Assembly: GCA_903813345.2 (NCBI GenBank)
Contig: CAIIXF020000001.1
Span: 18,662,001-18,726,000, forward strand
Length of the DNA stretch: 64,000 nucleotides
DNA from: Owenia fusiformis
Lineage: Eukaryota
Reading direction: 5' to 3'
Every line of letters begins with the position of its first letter. Position 1 is the first letter of the stretch. The notes under the pieces are model-generated. The model ran no database searches and was not told the DNA's origin. It saw nothing but the letters and a program-made list of their open reading frames with translations. The position numbers and the translations under genes were made by a program. This document shows positions 24,501 through 35,240 of this stretch, one piece after another.

Positions 24501-26306
24501 GAATTCTTGGGCTTGCTCCATCGCTCAATCATCAATGTTTAATGAAATTAATCACTTGTATTGGCTTTGCTATAGTCACGAGAATACAGGGAATCCCATT
24601 TTAAGATGGCAAAAAGTATGATGAAGACCTGGGGATGAAAAAGGATCTTGTTTCTTCTAGATCAGCACATCTTGACGAAGTTTATCGTGAATGCAGGGAC
24701 ATCAGCCCAGGGACATCAAAGAATACACTTCCAAATCTATTGCCCATTAGATTTCAATGCTGATTTTAGAATTTCACGTGAAAAGATATTTTTGCATAAT
24801 ATTTTCCTCACAAGTGAGAATTTTTAAAAGAACATGAGAGAGCACAAAGAAAATTTACAGTACAAGAGGTGAACTGTCGAGGAAACAGCGGCTTATGCAA
24901 CACAACAACAACATTTTTATCAGTCCTAGCCTCCAATCCATCAATAAATGTCTATACATCAAAATCTTTACTAAACGGACGTTGCGATTTATAGTGGATA
25001 AAATGGAAAAAATAACATTTTTCTGGCTATATGTGATTGCCTTGTCTTACACCTTCTCTGGTGAACCAGAGACATATATTTTCGATATATGCATGAACAT
25101 GAAACAATCAAACATTTACTTTTCAAAATCGATGTTTGAACCTTTAAAAAGCCAAATTTAGACTGAGGATTGAAAACATTCTTTTATTTCTCTCGGTAGA
25201 CCGGAAGTAAATTTATGAGTCGGGCAAAACGTGATGATGTTTTTTATGAAGTGGGGAAGTCAAAACAGTACTAATAGAAGAATAGTATAGCATTAGAAGA
25301 TCATTTAAAACCATGTAAATCAAATCGACGGCAAAGTTAGTTGAAATGACTGAATATATGTTATCTTCTTCGTCTTCGCGGACCTCAGAGAAGACACTTC
25401 CGGTTTAATAATCAGTGATTTTATCGATCAAAAAAATTTTCTTTTTGGTCCGATATCTGCTAATATGGTATGTATATTTGTGCTGATTGTTAAATTACAA
25501 AATAGGTTGGGTATAGAATATGTCAAAGTCGTTTGATCTTGTCCCAGAAGCAATATTTCGTCATTTCTGTAGCCTGTCATTCCTTTAGGCTCTCTAGCAG
25601 AATTGGCTATCAAAATGCTAAAGAGCCTTAAGGTACAGCTGGAAAGTAACATTTTGGTAATAAATTGCTATACCTGCACATGTTATTTTCTGGTACAAAA
25701 TAAAGTATGAAGGCATGTGTCAATGTCCTTGCTTTTTTCAGGAAAGTATCATTACATTGTCTTCTTTTAGAATATCTGGTAGGCGTTCAATGGGACCTTC
25801 AGGAAATTCTGATATTTCACACTTTCTATTTTTCCAAATTTTCTTTCAAAGTTTCCAGACAACACAGGAGCTACCATTGACCTGTTTCTAGATATTCTAA
25901 AAGAAGACAGTGTAATGATACTTTCCTGAAAAAAGCAAGGAAATACACACATGCCTTCATACTTAATTTTGTACCAGAAAATAACATGTGCAGGTATAGC
26001 AATTTTTTACCAAAATGTTACTTTCCAGCTGAACCTTAAATTTTAAGGCTCTTTAGCATTTTGGCTAGAGAGCCTTAAATTTTAAGGCTCTCCAGGCGCG
26101 GCCTAAAAAATTTAATCTAGAGGACAGGTGACCATATTTTTTTCATACTTTTTTAATTTTTACCTGCATTACCTGGTGTATATAATCTACCTCCTAGATG
26201 GAGGACTTCCTCCGTGCATGAAAATAATTCAGAAATTTTAGGATTGAATCAGTTTTGTGACTTCATTTAAAAAGTGAAACTTACCAGGCTTTTCAGGATA
26301 ACTCAT
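15598..26306 (-). CDS. SSUH2: Protein SSUH2 homolog, 11 coding exons, about 546 aa
   Basis: Exons 26306-26285, 19795-19367, 19211-19047, 18890-18800, 18475-18343, 18121-18061, 17830-17706, 17257-17091, 16767-16675, 16372-16165, 15744-15598. All introns are GT-AG and phases are consistent (1641 nt). Translation shows SSUH2 motifs: [44 protein letters not shown], repeated CxxCxGx[10 protein letters not shown]...[26 protein letters not shown]. Exon 1 (MSYPEKP, 22 nt) is the least certain. Confidence 0.92.
16768..16843 (-). pseudogene. Degenerate partial duplicate of SSUH2 exon 9 (pseudo-exon)
   Basis: cgtag|G TAC CTG ACA TGT CAG GGT CAA GGT CAC AGG ACA TGT CTA ACA TAT CAA GGT TAT gives [18 protein letters not shown], against the real exon [18 protein letters not shown]; same phase. 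Confidence 0.7.
19407..19745 (-). repeat. Coding 24-bp tandem repeat, 14 x GY(P/H/A/Q)PQGQP, in SSUH2 exon 2
   Basis: Plus-strand unit GGATATCCTGGTTGTCCCTGTGGG; in frame with the spliced SSUH2 CDS. Confidence 0.95.
20130..20918. mobile_element. Transib-like non-autonomous element (CAC termini, 5-bp TSD)
   Basis: TGGAA|CACTACCAAAAGTCAATGG ... CCATTGACTTTTGGTAGTG|TGGAA. An inverted copy of about 108 bp of its left end lies at 19984-20091. Confidence 0.8.
20964..21505. mobile_element. Non-autonomous TIR element with 9-bp TSD
   Basis: AGTCATGTC at 20955-20963 and 21506-21514; arms of about 170 bp; each end carries the palindrome CAGGAC(T/C)ATAGTCCTG. Confidence 0.8.
22313..23034. mobile_element. 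TTAA-flanked fold-back MITE
   Basis: TTAA|CAGGAAATGACAAAACAGGAAGTG ... CACTTCCTGTTTTGTCATTTCCTG|TTAA; arms of about 320 bp. Confidence 0.9.
23039..24063. mobile_element. Kolobok-like MITE (TTAA, GG..CC)
   Basis: TTAA|GGTCAGGGTGCATGATG ... CATCATGCACCCTGACC|TTCA; TIR of about 90 bp; nested hairpin at 23780-23933. Confidence 0.85.
24360..24430 (+). pseudogene. tRNA-derived sequence (pseudo-tRNA or SINE head)
   Basis: A-box-like GGTATAGTGGTTAG and B-box GGTTCGATTCC at tRNA spacing, followed by a T run. The acceptor and anticodon stems do not pair. Confidence 0.7.
25632..26035. mobile_element. Kolobok-like MITE inserted in the right TIR of the 24091-26103 element
   Basis: TTAA|GGTACAGCTGGAAAGTAACATTTTGGTAA ... 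TTACCAAAATGTTACTTTCCAGCTGAACC|TTAA; arms of about 145 bp. Confidence 0.9.
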
Positions 26307-26806
26307 TGTCACATTAAACACAAGTAGCACTCATAAATTATGCAATGATTAAGCAGAATGAGTAATAAATTGAGTTTTTGTGAACGAAAAGATTAAAGAT
26401 TGGTTTGATGATGTGAAATACGTCATCCAATAGTGTACTCATAAAATTGTGACGTTTTTAACGTAATGCATGAGTTTTACGAACGATCAAAATGTCCGAG
26501 TGGAAGATTGTTTGCATTTTATTTATGATACTATAGCGACACTTCACTTCGCTTTGAAAGTTCGAATAATGATACCAGAAGAATAAAATCTACTGTAATC
26601 TTACAAATTTCACTTCCTGGTCTCCTTAATCAAATTTTGAGGTCTTAGTCTACAAAGTTCAGCTGCCAAGGAATTGTTGGATGGGGGGGGGGGGGTTACA
26701 GCACATCATGCGAGTCACATCAGGCAGTATTTCCCATACTTTCCTGGTCTTTCTCAGTAGAATTGAATACTTTTGATACAGATGTTTTCAAAACAACTTA
26801 CTTATT

Positions 26807-26999
26807 CATGGGCGTAGCGCTATTTTTCTAAGTAGTACGCCACCACTGTGACAACAGGAACAAGAATTAAGTGAATCAAAAAAACGAGCATCTGTGGGTT
26901 CTCCCTCAGGAAAATTTTGAAATATGGTTGTATTTTGAGCGAATTTGCAATCATCTGGTACGCCTGTGCGTACCCAGCGTACCGGGCTCTACGCCCATG
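26807..26999. mobile_element. hAT-like MITE with 5-bp TSD
   Basis: TTATT|CATGGGCGTAG ... CTACGCCCATG|TTATT. Confidence 0.8.
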
Positions 27000-27299
27000 T
27001 TATTATCATCACTTTATTCACGTTTCATTTATTTATTTATATTTAGAGTCGAAAAAACTTGTACAGTATATGGCATTCCATTTCCCTCACTTTGTTGGAC
27101 TTTCATAATAATATGTTTCTATTTAGAGTTGAAAAACTTTTATGTTTTCAAAGCACATCACTTTAACCATTTTACCCCTCTCTTTCACTTCCATATATAC
27201 ATGATTTAGTTCTACAGTTCTATAGATCTATATTCTATGATAAAACTTCTATTCACCACATTTTCAAATCAACTCACTTTTGCCTTTCCCTCACTTTTT

Positions 27300-29661
27300 C
27301 AGGGCTGTCAACTTGGGACCTAGTCCAACAACATTAGACCTAGCCTGGGCCTCGTTTCTTATCTGACATGTCTTATGGCCCCGGCTAGGTCTAACTTCCA
27401 TGATGATTTTGCCCTTGATGCGATCATTTAATCGTTCAGCAGGTTTCGACATGCGGAACTAATTAAACCGTAATAAGATGGTATCGTTACAGAAATAATG
27501 TGATCAACGCATGCATACATACCTTATGAATAAATACAAATCATCACATACCCCCCTGTAACCTCATCGATGTATAATTATGAAAATGTTGGGAGAAGGC
27601 TTTTTCTTAGTTTAGAAAACTCTGTTCTGGTTCCGGTAACATCGAAATGGCAAATCCTTTCAGGAATAAACCGCCGTTAGCAACACTGAACGAAACAAGT
27701 TCATAAAACGAAACGAACCCCGGTTATCCTATACATAAGTACAAAATATTGTAATACTGTAGGAGGCTTGCGATAAACATGATTAAGTTTCCTACTTTTT
27801 TTCCTGTTTTATTTTCAGAATTATGGTAAATTTCTGGCTAAAATGCTAAAGCTTTCAACATCTTTGGACAGACGCAAGCATGTGATACTGAATAATTAGA
27901 TATTTTTCTTAACATGTTTAAATATATATTGTGCCAAAGTTTTCTCTCCCAGAAAGTCAGTGATTTCCCATTGTAATAACTCAGATGCGAGTAGGTAGTT
28001 ACCAGTTTCACCACCAGGTGGCTCATTCAGGTCACATAGCATGACATAGTTATGCAAATTAAAATAATGTAAAAGAAAATATTATCTGTCCAATACAAGA
28101 AAACATATTTCACTTTTTGTGACTTTATATGTTGAATCTCCCCGTAGTAGCATTTACATTTTACAAAACAAAAATTTTTCAAAATTGATCAACAATATTT
28201 GAAGCAATATTTCTTGATGTACTTTTACATGTACATTTCAAATACTAGATAGTATGACATCATTTTGACTGAAATTTACTTGCTCCAATATCGTGATAAA
28301 ACACATGTGTTTAACTTTTCTCTCATTGAGTAAATGAAATATCATTGTAGAAAAATATGTTTTATAAAATAGCATAAACAAAACTTCTGTTTAATTTTAT
28401 TAAGAACATCATACATTTAAGAGCTAGGAATAAAACAACCATGCTTATACAATACATGTAATCTTATCACAATACATCACCACATTGAAGTTATTAAAAT
28501 GTAACAATTGTTACAAAGCATATATGCTGAGTAAAATACATGATCCCAGTTATAAACAATTGAGTGTATTCCTAGGTACGTTTTTGCAAGCAGAAAACCA
28601 TGAACAATTACCATAATTTAATATTTAGGCACAATTATTCAACACAATCACAATCTAGCACAATCAATGACATCTATATTTCTTTGAGCTGAAATTACCA
28701 GTAATCAAATGCATCAATAATGTTGCTTTTTAAAGTTTTTATAAATAACAATAGAGTAAACTTGGGTGAATACACGCGCTGTTTGAATAAAGCAAAGATT
28801 CGTGTCATACTGGATGGTTATAATAAATATCAATATTGAAGAACAATTTCGTTTCGCTGACCAAGTTTACTTTGGCGACGCACAGACAGACATTGCCGGT
28901 TGAAATATTCGTCTCATAAATTGGTAAGAATAAGACTCATTTTACGATTAAAAATGAACATTTAACACAATAATATTATGCGAAATCGCCTGATGAAATG
29001 TGGTTTTATATTATTGTTAAGTATCAGTGTCATATTAGCGAGGAAAAGTGGTTTCGATAGATCCACAACTTGCATCAAAGGAAAGAATAGCATGGAGGTT
29101 AAACTCAATAATGGCCCCAAGAAAATTCCTAATAATAAAGAACGCCGTTATTGAGTTTAACGACGTTGAACTACTTGGGACCACCTAATATGAGTGACTT
29201 CAAAATGTTGGACACCTAAGTCCAAATCTGAACACTTTTGTCCAAATTTTGAACACCTTTGGCCAACTTTTAAACACCTTTGGCCAAAGTTTGAGCACCT
29301 TTGCCAAAGTTTGAACACCTCAAATTTTTCGCGCTCGCTACGATCGCGATATCGACAACGGGGGGGGGGGGGGGGGGGGGGGGTAGGTACGAAAATTTTC
29401 CAATGAACATGCGTGACACATACGGGATTCGCGTGACAAATCCGAACAAATTGCGTTCGGTTTTTTCCGGCGTTCGTATTTTTACCGTATCGTAAACATA
29501 TTTCGAAAAAATTTCTACAGAAATATTTTTGCTTGACAATTACCAGGTAAAATGCGTATTTTGCGTGACATTTTCTGTCACGCAAAAAAAACTGGCGTGA
29601 CTTCAAATTCTTCAGCAAATGCGTGACAAATACGCAAATTGCGGGACAGTTGACAGGCCTG
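27300..29661. mobile_element. Second copy of the 11049-11547 MITE, split by a nested insertion
   Basis: CTTTTT|CAGGGCTGTCAACTTGGGACC [insertion] ...AGTTGACAGGCCTG|CTTTTT; 29174-29661 is the reverse-complement homolog of the 11049-11547 element. Confidence 0.9.
27321..29173. mobile_element. 1.85-kb TAG-terminated element with 9-bp TSD (AcademH- or MULE-like, tentative)
   Basis: CTTGGGACC at 27312-27320 and 29174-29182; termini TAGTCCAAC... / ...GTTGAACTA; subterminal hairpins at both ends. Confidence 0.8.
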
Positions 29662-29994
29662 CTTTTTAGACTTTAATATTGTAACGGCTAGCCTAATTTG
29701 GGTAGTGTGGGTGTTTTTATTTTAGACTAGGTCACTTTGGGGATACGTTGTACACATTAAATGCACGTGTGAAAATAAAGAGACACAATAGTTAATGAAA
29801 GCTTAACAACATATATTCTGGCTTCATCCGCCTCAAAATAATACAACACAAATCGATAATAAGTTTCAGTTTCAGAGGTGCTAATTATAAGTCCTTCATG
29901 TAATAATACTTGTATATTTATATATATATAAAAGTGTTCATCACTAATGTAGTTTTTCATCAGATGAGCGATGCATATTCTAAGTCCTTCAAGG

Positions 29995-30704
29995 TGATGA
30001 ATATTCTAAGTCCACCAAGTTGACGATATAATAAGTTCATCAAATGAGCTGTGAATATTCTAAGTCTATCAAACTGAAGAAGTACGGAATCTGCTAAGTA
30101 CTTCAGATTATCGATGAATATTCTAAGTCCACCAAGTTGAAGATATAATCTAAGTTCATCAAATGAGCTGTGAATATTCTAAGTCTATCAGACTGAAGAT
30201 GTATGGAATCTGCTAAGTCCTTCAGATTATCGATGAATATTCTAAGTCCACCAAGTTGAAGACATAAACTAAGTTCACCAAATGGGCTGTAAATATTCTA
30301 AGTCTATCAAACTGAAGATGTATGGAATCGGCTAAGTTCTTCAGATTATTGATGAATATTCTAAGTCCACCAAGTTGAAGACATAAACTAAGTTCACCAA
30401 ATAGGCTGTAAATATTCTAAGTCTATCAAACTGAAGATGTATGGAATCGGCTAAGTTCTTCAGATTATCGATGAATATTCTAAGTCCACCAAGTTGAAGA
30501 TATAATCTAAGTTCACCAAATGGGCTGTAAATATTCTAAGTCTATCAAACTGAAGATGTATGGAATCGGCTAAGTTCTTCAGATTATCGATGAATATTCT
30601 AAGTCCACCAAGTTGAAGATATAATCTAAGTTCACCAAATGGGCTGTAAATATTCTAAGTCTATCAAACTGAAGATGTATGGAATCTGCTAAGTTCTTCA
30701 GATT
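29995..30704. repeat. 119-bp tandem array (about 6 units, four CTAAGT cores per unit)
   Basis: TCTAAGTCCACCAAGTTGA recurs at 30241, 30360, 30479, 30598. Confidence 0.95.
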
Positions 30705-31405
30705 ATATACGTGGATATTCCTAAGTTTCTCTGGGCATCAAACTTCAGACAACTTTGGGGAATATTGGCTAAGTCCCTCAATATATGCGTGAATATTCCT
30801 AAGTTCCTCTGGGCATCAAACTCCAGGCAACTATGGTGAATATTGGCTAAGTCCCTCAATATATACGTAAATATTCCTAAGTTCCTCTGGGCATCAAACT
30901 TCAGACAACTTTGGGGAATATTGGCTAAGTCCCTCAATATATGCGTGAATATTCCTAAGTTCCTCTGGGCATCAAACTTCAGACAACTTTGGGGAATATT
31001 GGCTAAGTCCCTCAATATATGCGTGAATATTCCTAAGTTCCTCTGGGCATCAAACTTCAGACAACTTTGGGGAATATTGGCTAAGTCCCTCAATATATGC
31101 GTGAATATTCCTAAGTTCCTCTGGGCATCAAACTCCAGGCAACTATGGTGAATATTGGCTAAGTCCCTCAATATATACGTAAATATTCCTAAGTTCCTCT
31201 GGGCATCAAACTTCAGACAACTTTGGGGAATATTGGCTAAGTCCCTCAATATATGCGTGAATATTCCTAAGTTCCTCTGGGCATCAAACTCCAGGCAACT
31301 ATGGTGAATATTGGCTAAGTCCCTCAATATATGCGTGAATATTCCTAAGTTCCTCTGGGCATCAAACTCCAGGCAACTATGGTGAATATTGGCTAAGTCC
31401 CTCAA
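30705..31405. repeat. 78-bp tandem array (9 units, two variants)
   Basis: Unit GAATATTCCTAAGTTCCTCTGGGCATCAAACT(TCAGACAACTTTGGG/CCAGGCAACTATGGT)GAATATTGGCTAAGTCCCTCAATATATGCGT. Confidence 0.95.
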
Positions 31406-31544
31406 GGTAATATCTTCTAAGTGTATCGACCGAAGAATTCTCTAAGTCCATCAAATTGTATGCAGAATTTGTCTAAGTCCATCAGGCATCAATCTCTTGA
31501 GGCGCGTGGAGGTTCCTTCTCATCAAAAGTTGTGTACGTGCCTC

Positions 31545-32142
31545 CCAGTATATGTAGAATCTGCCTAAGATCCTCTAAGTATATCCTCAAAGTCCCTCAA
31601 TGGGTATGTCGAATCTGCCTAAGATCCTCTAAGTATATCCTCAAAGTCCATCAACGGGTATGTCGAATCTGCCTAAGATCCTCTAAGTATATCCTCAAAG
31701 TCCCTCAACGGGTATGTCGAATCTGCCTAAGATCCTCTAAGTATATCCTCAAAGTCCCTCAACGGGTATGTCGAATCTGCCTAAGATCCTCTAAGTATAC
31801 CAGGATAATATCCTCTAAGTCCCTCAACGGGTATGTCGAATCTGCCTAAGATCCTCTAAGTATACCAGGGTAATATCCTCTAAGTCCCTCAATGGGTATG
31901 TCGAATCTGCCTAAGATCCTCTAAGTATACCAGGGTAAAATCCTCTAAGTCCCTCAACGGGTATGTCGAATCTGCCTAAGATCCTCTAAGTATATCCTCA
32001 AAGTCCCTCAACGGGTATGTCGAATCTGCCTAAGATCCTCTAAGTATACCAGGATAATATACTCTAAGTCCCTCAATGGGTATGTCGAATCTGCTTAAGA
32101 TCCTCTAAGTATACCAGGATAAAATCATCTAAGTCCCTCAAT
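31545..32142. repeat. 54/65-bp tandem array (about 10 units)
   Basis: GCCTAAGATCCTCTAAGTATA recurs with 54-bp and then 65-bp spacing. Confidence 0.95.
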
Positions 32143-32854
32143 ATGTGGGATGAAAATCTTCTAAGTCCATCAGATATATGCTTAGAATTAGCCTAAGTCC
32201 ATCAAGCGTCAATCCCTGGAAGCACGCAGGTCTGTCCTCTCTCAGTTCCAACTAGAAAAGTGCCTGCTGAGTCACCTGGTCGTCTCTATTTATACCCCAG
32301 ACATGTATGTAACATGTACTAGGTTTTGCACACGAACCTAACAAGTGATTAATGGGCTGATGCAATACCTAGGCCCCTGGACAGGACAAGACTGGTGTAC
32401 AATTACTATGAAGCAACCAGGATATGAATAGTGCAAAATAACTGGCTTCATTTAGAACTCACAATCTGTGCTATCTAATGTAACATCAATATATGTTTAG
32501 TATATAATTAACTAGATAAATGTATAAACTAAATAAATATAACATAAACCAATCATCATTGGTTTTAATCATGCCGAAATTGACCGAAAAAACTAATAAT
32601 TGAATGTAGGTCAAGATAGCTCTTTAAAAGTAAGATGAGAAAAATGTAAACAAATGAAAGCAAAATGAAATCTCACAAAATCGAACAGTTTACATGATTC
32701 TGCCTACTCCTTTAGTGTCACATACATTCATGTAAGTATACTACTTGTCAAACAAACTGAAAAACAGTTTCCAAATGTGTTAACTGTAAGCGAACTGATA
32801 AAATGGCACAGGACTACAAAGAACAGAAAATTTGAAAAGTAAAAATTTGTTACA

Positions 32855-33560
32855 ATATTTTCTATGTTGACTTTTATTCAGTACATTTCAGTACACACCT
32901 CACTTTTGCCTTTTTCTCACTTTTTTACTTTTAATATTTTCTATGTTAAAATGAAACTTTTATTCAGTACATTTTCAGAACACCTCACTTTCGCATTTTT
33001 CTCACTTTTTACTTTAATATTTTCTATGTTGAAATGAAAAACTTTTATTCAGTACATTTTCAAAACACCTCACTTTTGCCTTTAATATTTATATGTTAAA
33101 TGAATAACTTTTCTTCAGTATATTTTCAAATCACCTCACTTTTGCCTTTTTTCTCACATTTTTACTTTAATATTTTCTATGTTAAAATGAAAAACCTTTA
33201 TTTAGTACATTTCCAGAACACCTCACTTTTGCCTTTTTTTCTCACTTTTTTACTTTAATATTTTCTATGTTAAAATGAAAAACCTTTATTTAGTACATTT
33301 CCAGAACACCTCACTTTTGCCTTTTTTCTCACTTTTTTACTTTAATATTCTCTATGTTGAAATGAAAAACAGTATATTTTCAAAACGTCTTACCTTTTTC
33401 CCTCACGTTTTTACTTTAATATTCTCTATGTTGAAATGAAAAACAGTATATTTTCAAAACGTCTTACCTTTTTCCCTCACTTTTTTGACTTTCATGTTTC
33501 TTTGTTGAAATGAAAACTTTTTTTCAGTACATTTTCAACACACCTCACTTTTACCTTCGA
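32855..33560. repeat. 75-88-bp pyrimidine-rich minisatellite; its left part (about 27030-27299) was displaced by insertions
   Basis: Unit TATTTTCTATGTTAAAATGAAAAACCTTTATTTAGTACATTTCCAGAACACCTCACTTTTGCCTTTTTTCTCACTTTTTTACTTTAA. Confidence 0.85.
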
Positions 33561-35240
33561 TTGCCGATAATGTTGTCTTGTCAACAATGGCAATTTGTAC
33601 ATATGGAACCAATGTAAATGTGAAGTATGTAAAAAAACTTTTACCTTTTTCCTCCCTTTGTTGAACTTATTTTTTACAATGTAGGGTTGAACATTTTTGA
33701 GGTAGGGGGCATTTAAAAAAAATTACTTTAGCCTTTTCCCCTCACTTTTTGTTGAGTTTGATTTTGAGTGGATAGTTTTTTATTCATTTAGAACAGATAT
33801 ATTAGTGATGAACCCATACTAGATAAAGTACTTGTAGAATTACAATGTATAAGCTGATATTTTTTATTCAGCCAATGGTAAGTTTGTTGGGGTAAGGTAT
33901 ATTGTTAAGAACCCCTGTGATGAGACATTAAAGCTCTAAAAATATAGTAGAGTATAAAATATTTCAAAATGCCTAATGGACCCTAATTGTAGATTACACT
34001 GTATATCACACCTTCAATAGATATTGAACACCCCCTGAATAAAGCATGGGAAAATAACAGACAAAACATGTTCTTCTCTAAATGACATCAAATGGGGATA
34101 CATTTTTGTTTTTTATTTTAATGGCCAACTTATCTACTGTGTACTTAATCTTATCAAGTACAACACTATAGGAAGGTATGTTATACAGCTTCTATGGAAT
34201 ATCAAGGGTTTGGAGTGACAAAAAGTAATCAACAAATAACAGATATATTTAGTTTTACTATACCATTAATTTATTTTAATGTTATTAAATATCACATATT
34301 TTATAAAAAATATTTCATGTTCATGTTTTCTACATTTTAAGTCGAAAAACATTTCCAACATTGCTCCATCCGTTAAAGTACCTTCCACATTAGTCATGTG
34401 GGGTCACCGTTCATCACTGTGTGGCTAGTTTTTGGCATTACTTTTGAATAAATATTTGTATTTTATGTGATGGGGAATATCTTGTTATAAAACTATTTGT
34501 TTTGCCCACTGTGTATCCATGCTTGTAGAATGCTTGCCTCAAAGTATTCACACAGTGGCGAACAGTGAGCCCATGCAGCCTATGTGTGTGACTCCACAAT
34601 GTTGGCCAATTGCCGTGTTTATTGATGGTGCAGTACATTTTATTATTTTGGGGTCTGGTGATGGCATTGGTTGCCTCTGGGTTCACAACAGAGATGATGA
34701 GGGTTTAATTGTTCCAAACAGCTAAAAGATGTGTTTGCATGTACAGTATACTTCGAGTAATGAAATCCAAATATTAAACAACAAAACATCACTTAAATGG
34801 ATGCTGTCAACATATTTAACAAAATTGTGCTAAAATCATGTAACAAGTGAATTCTGATTATCAACATATTATTATGCTCCCACAGCAAACGTTACTGCAT
34901 TGAGATAATGTTTATGTATGCAGCAGTGTTTAAAATTCTTCCTCAACTATCATAACACATGAATCCATCCATACATCCAGGTATCCCAACCAATGCGAGT
35001 TGAGTACCACTAGGGTAGAAGAGGGAAGTGTCAAAATAATTCATCACCTTAATTTCAATACTGTTTTGTTTATACATCTATATATGTATTGGTTATTGTC
35101 TTTGCAATGCACTGGCAGTATATCTTATGCATTTCAGCTCCAAACAATTTGTATTTCAAAAATAGAACTCATTTCATATTAGGAATGGATTTCATGGAAA
35201 TCAGATATGAAGTATCATATCTTAATGACATTGATATTCG

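Larger units (their letters stand above)
24091..26103. mobile_element. MULE-like non-autonomous element with 9-bp TSD and palindromic sub-repeats
   Basis: TAAAAAATT at 24082-24090 and 26104-26112. TIRs are built from CCTTAAAATTTAAGG / GGCTCTTTAGC units. An inner inverted pair sits at about 24451-24474 and 25380-25403. Confidence 0.7.
29680..32854 (-). mobile_element. Solo LTR (Gypsy-like, 4-bp TSD), 3.2 kb, containing tandem arrays
   Basis: ATAT|TGTAAC ... GTTACA|ATAT. Removing it restores a unit of the flanking minisatellite (CTTTAATAT-TTTCTATGTT). Minus-strand TATAAATA at about 32287-32294 and AATAAA at about 29716-29721. Confidence 0.75.

Noticed and set aside
30698-31405. 235-aa ORF of 26-aa repeats with a superficial leucine-rich-repeat look
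   Set aside because: It is the 78-bp array (a multiple of 3) read through. It has no ATG start or splice context, it lies inside an LTR, and the sister arrays (119 and 65 bp) are not multiples of 3.
29995-32142. CRISPR-like appearance (recurrent short core with intervening segments)
   Set aside because: The intervening segments are themselves repeated rather than unique spacers. The context is eukaryotic and there are no cas genes.
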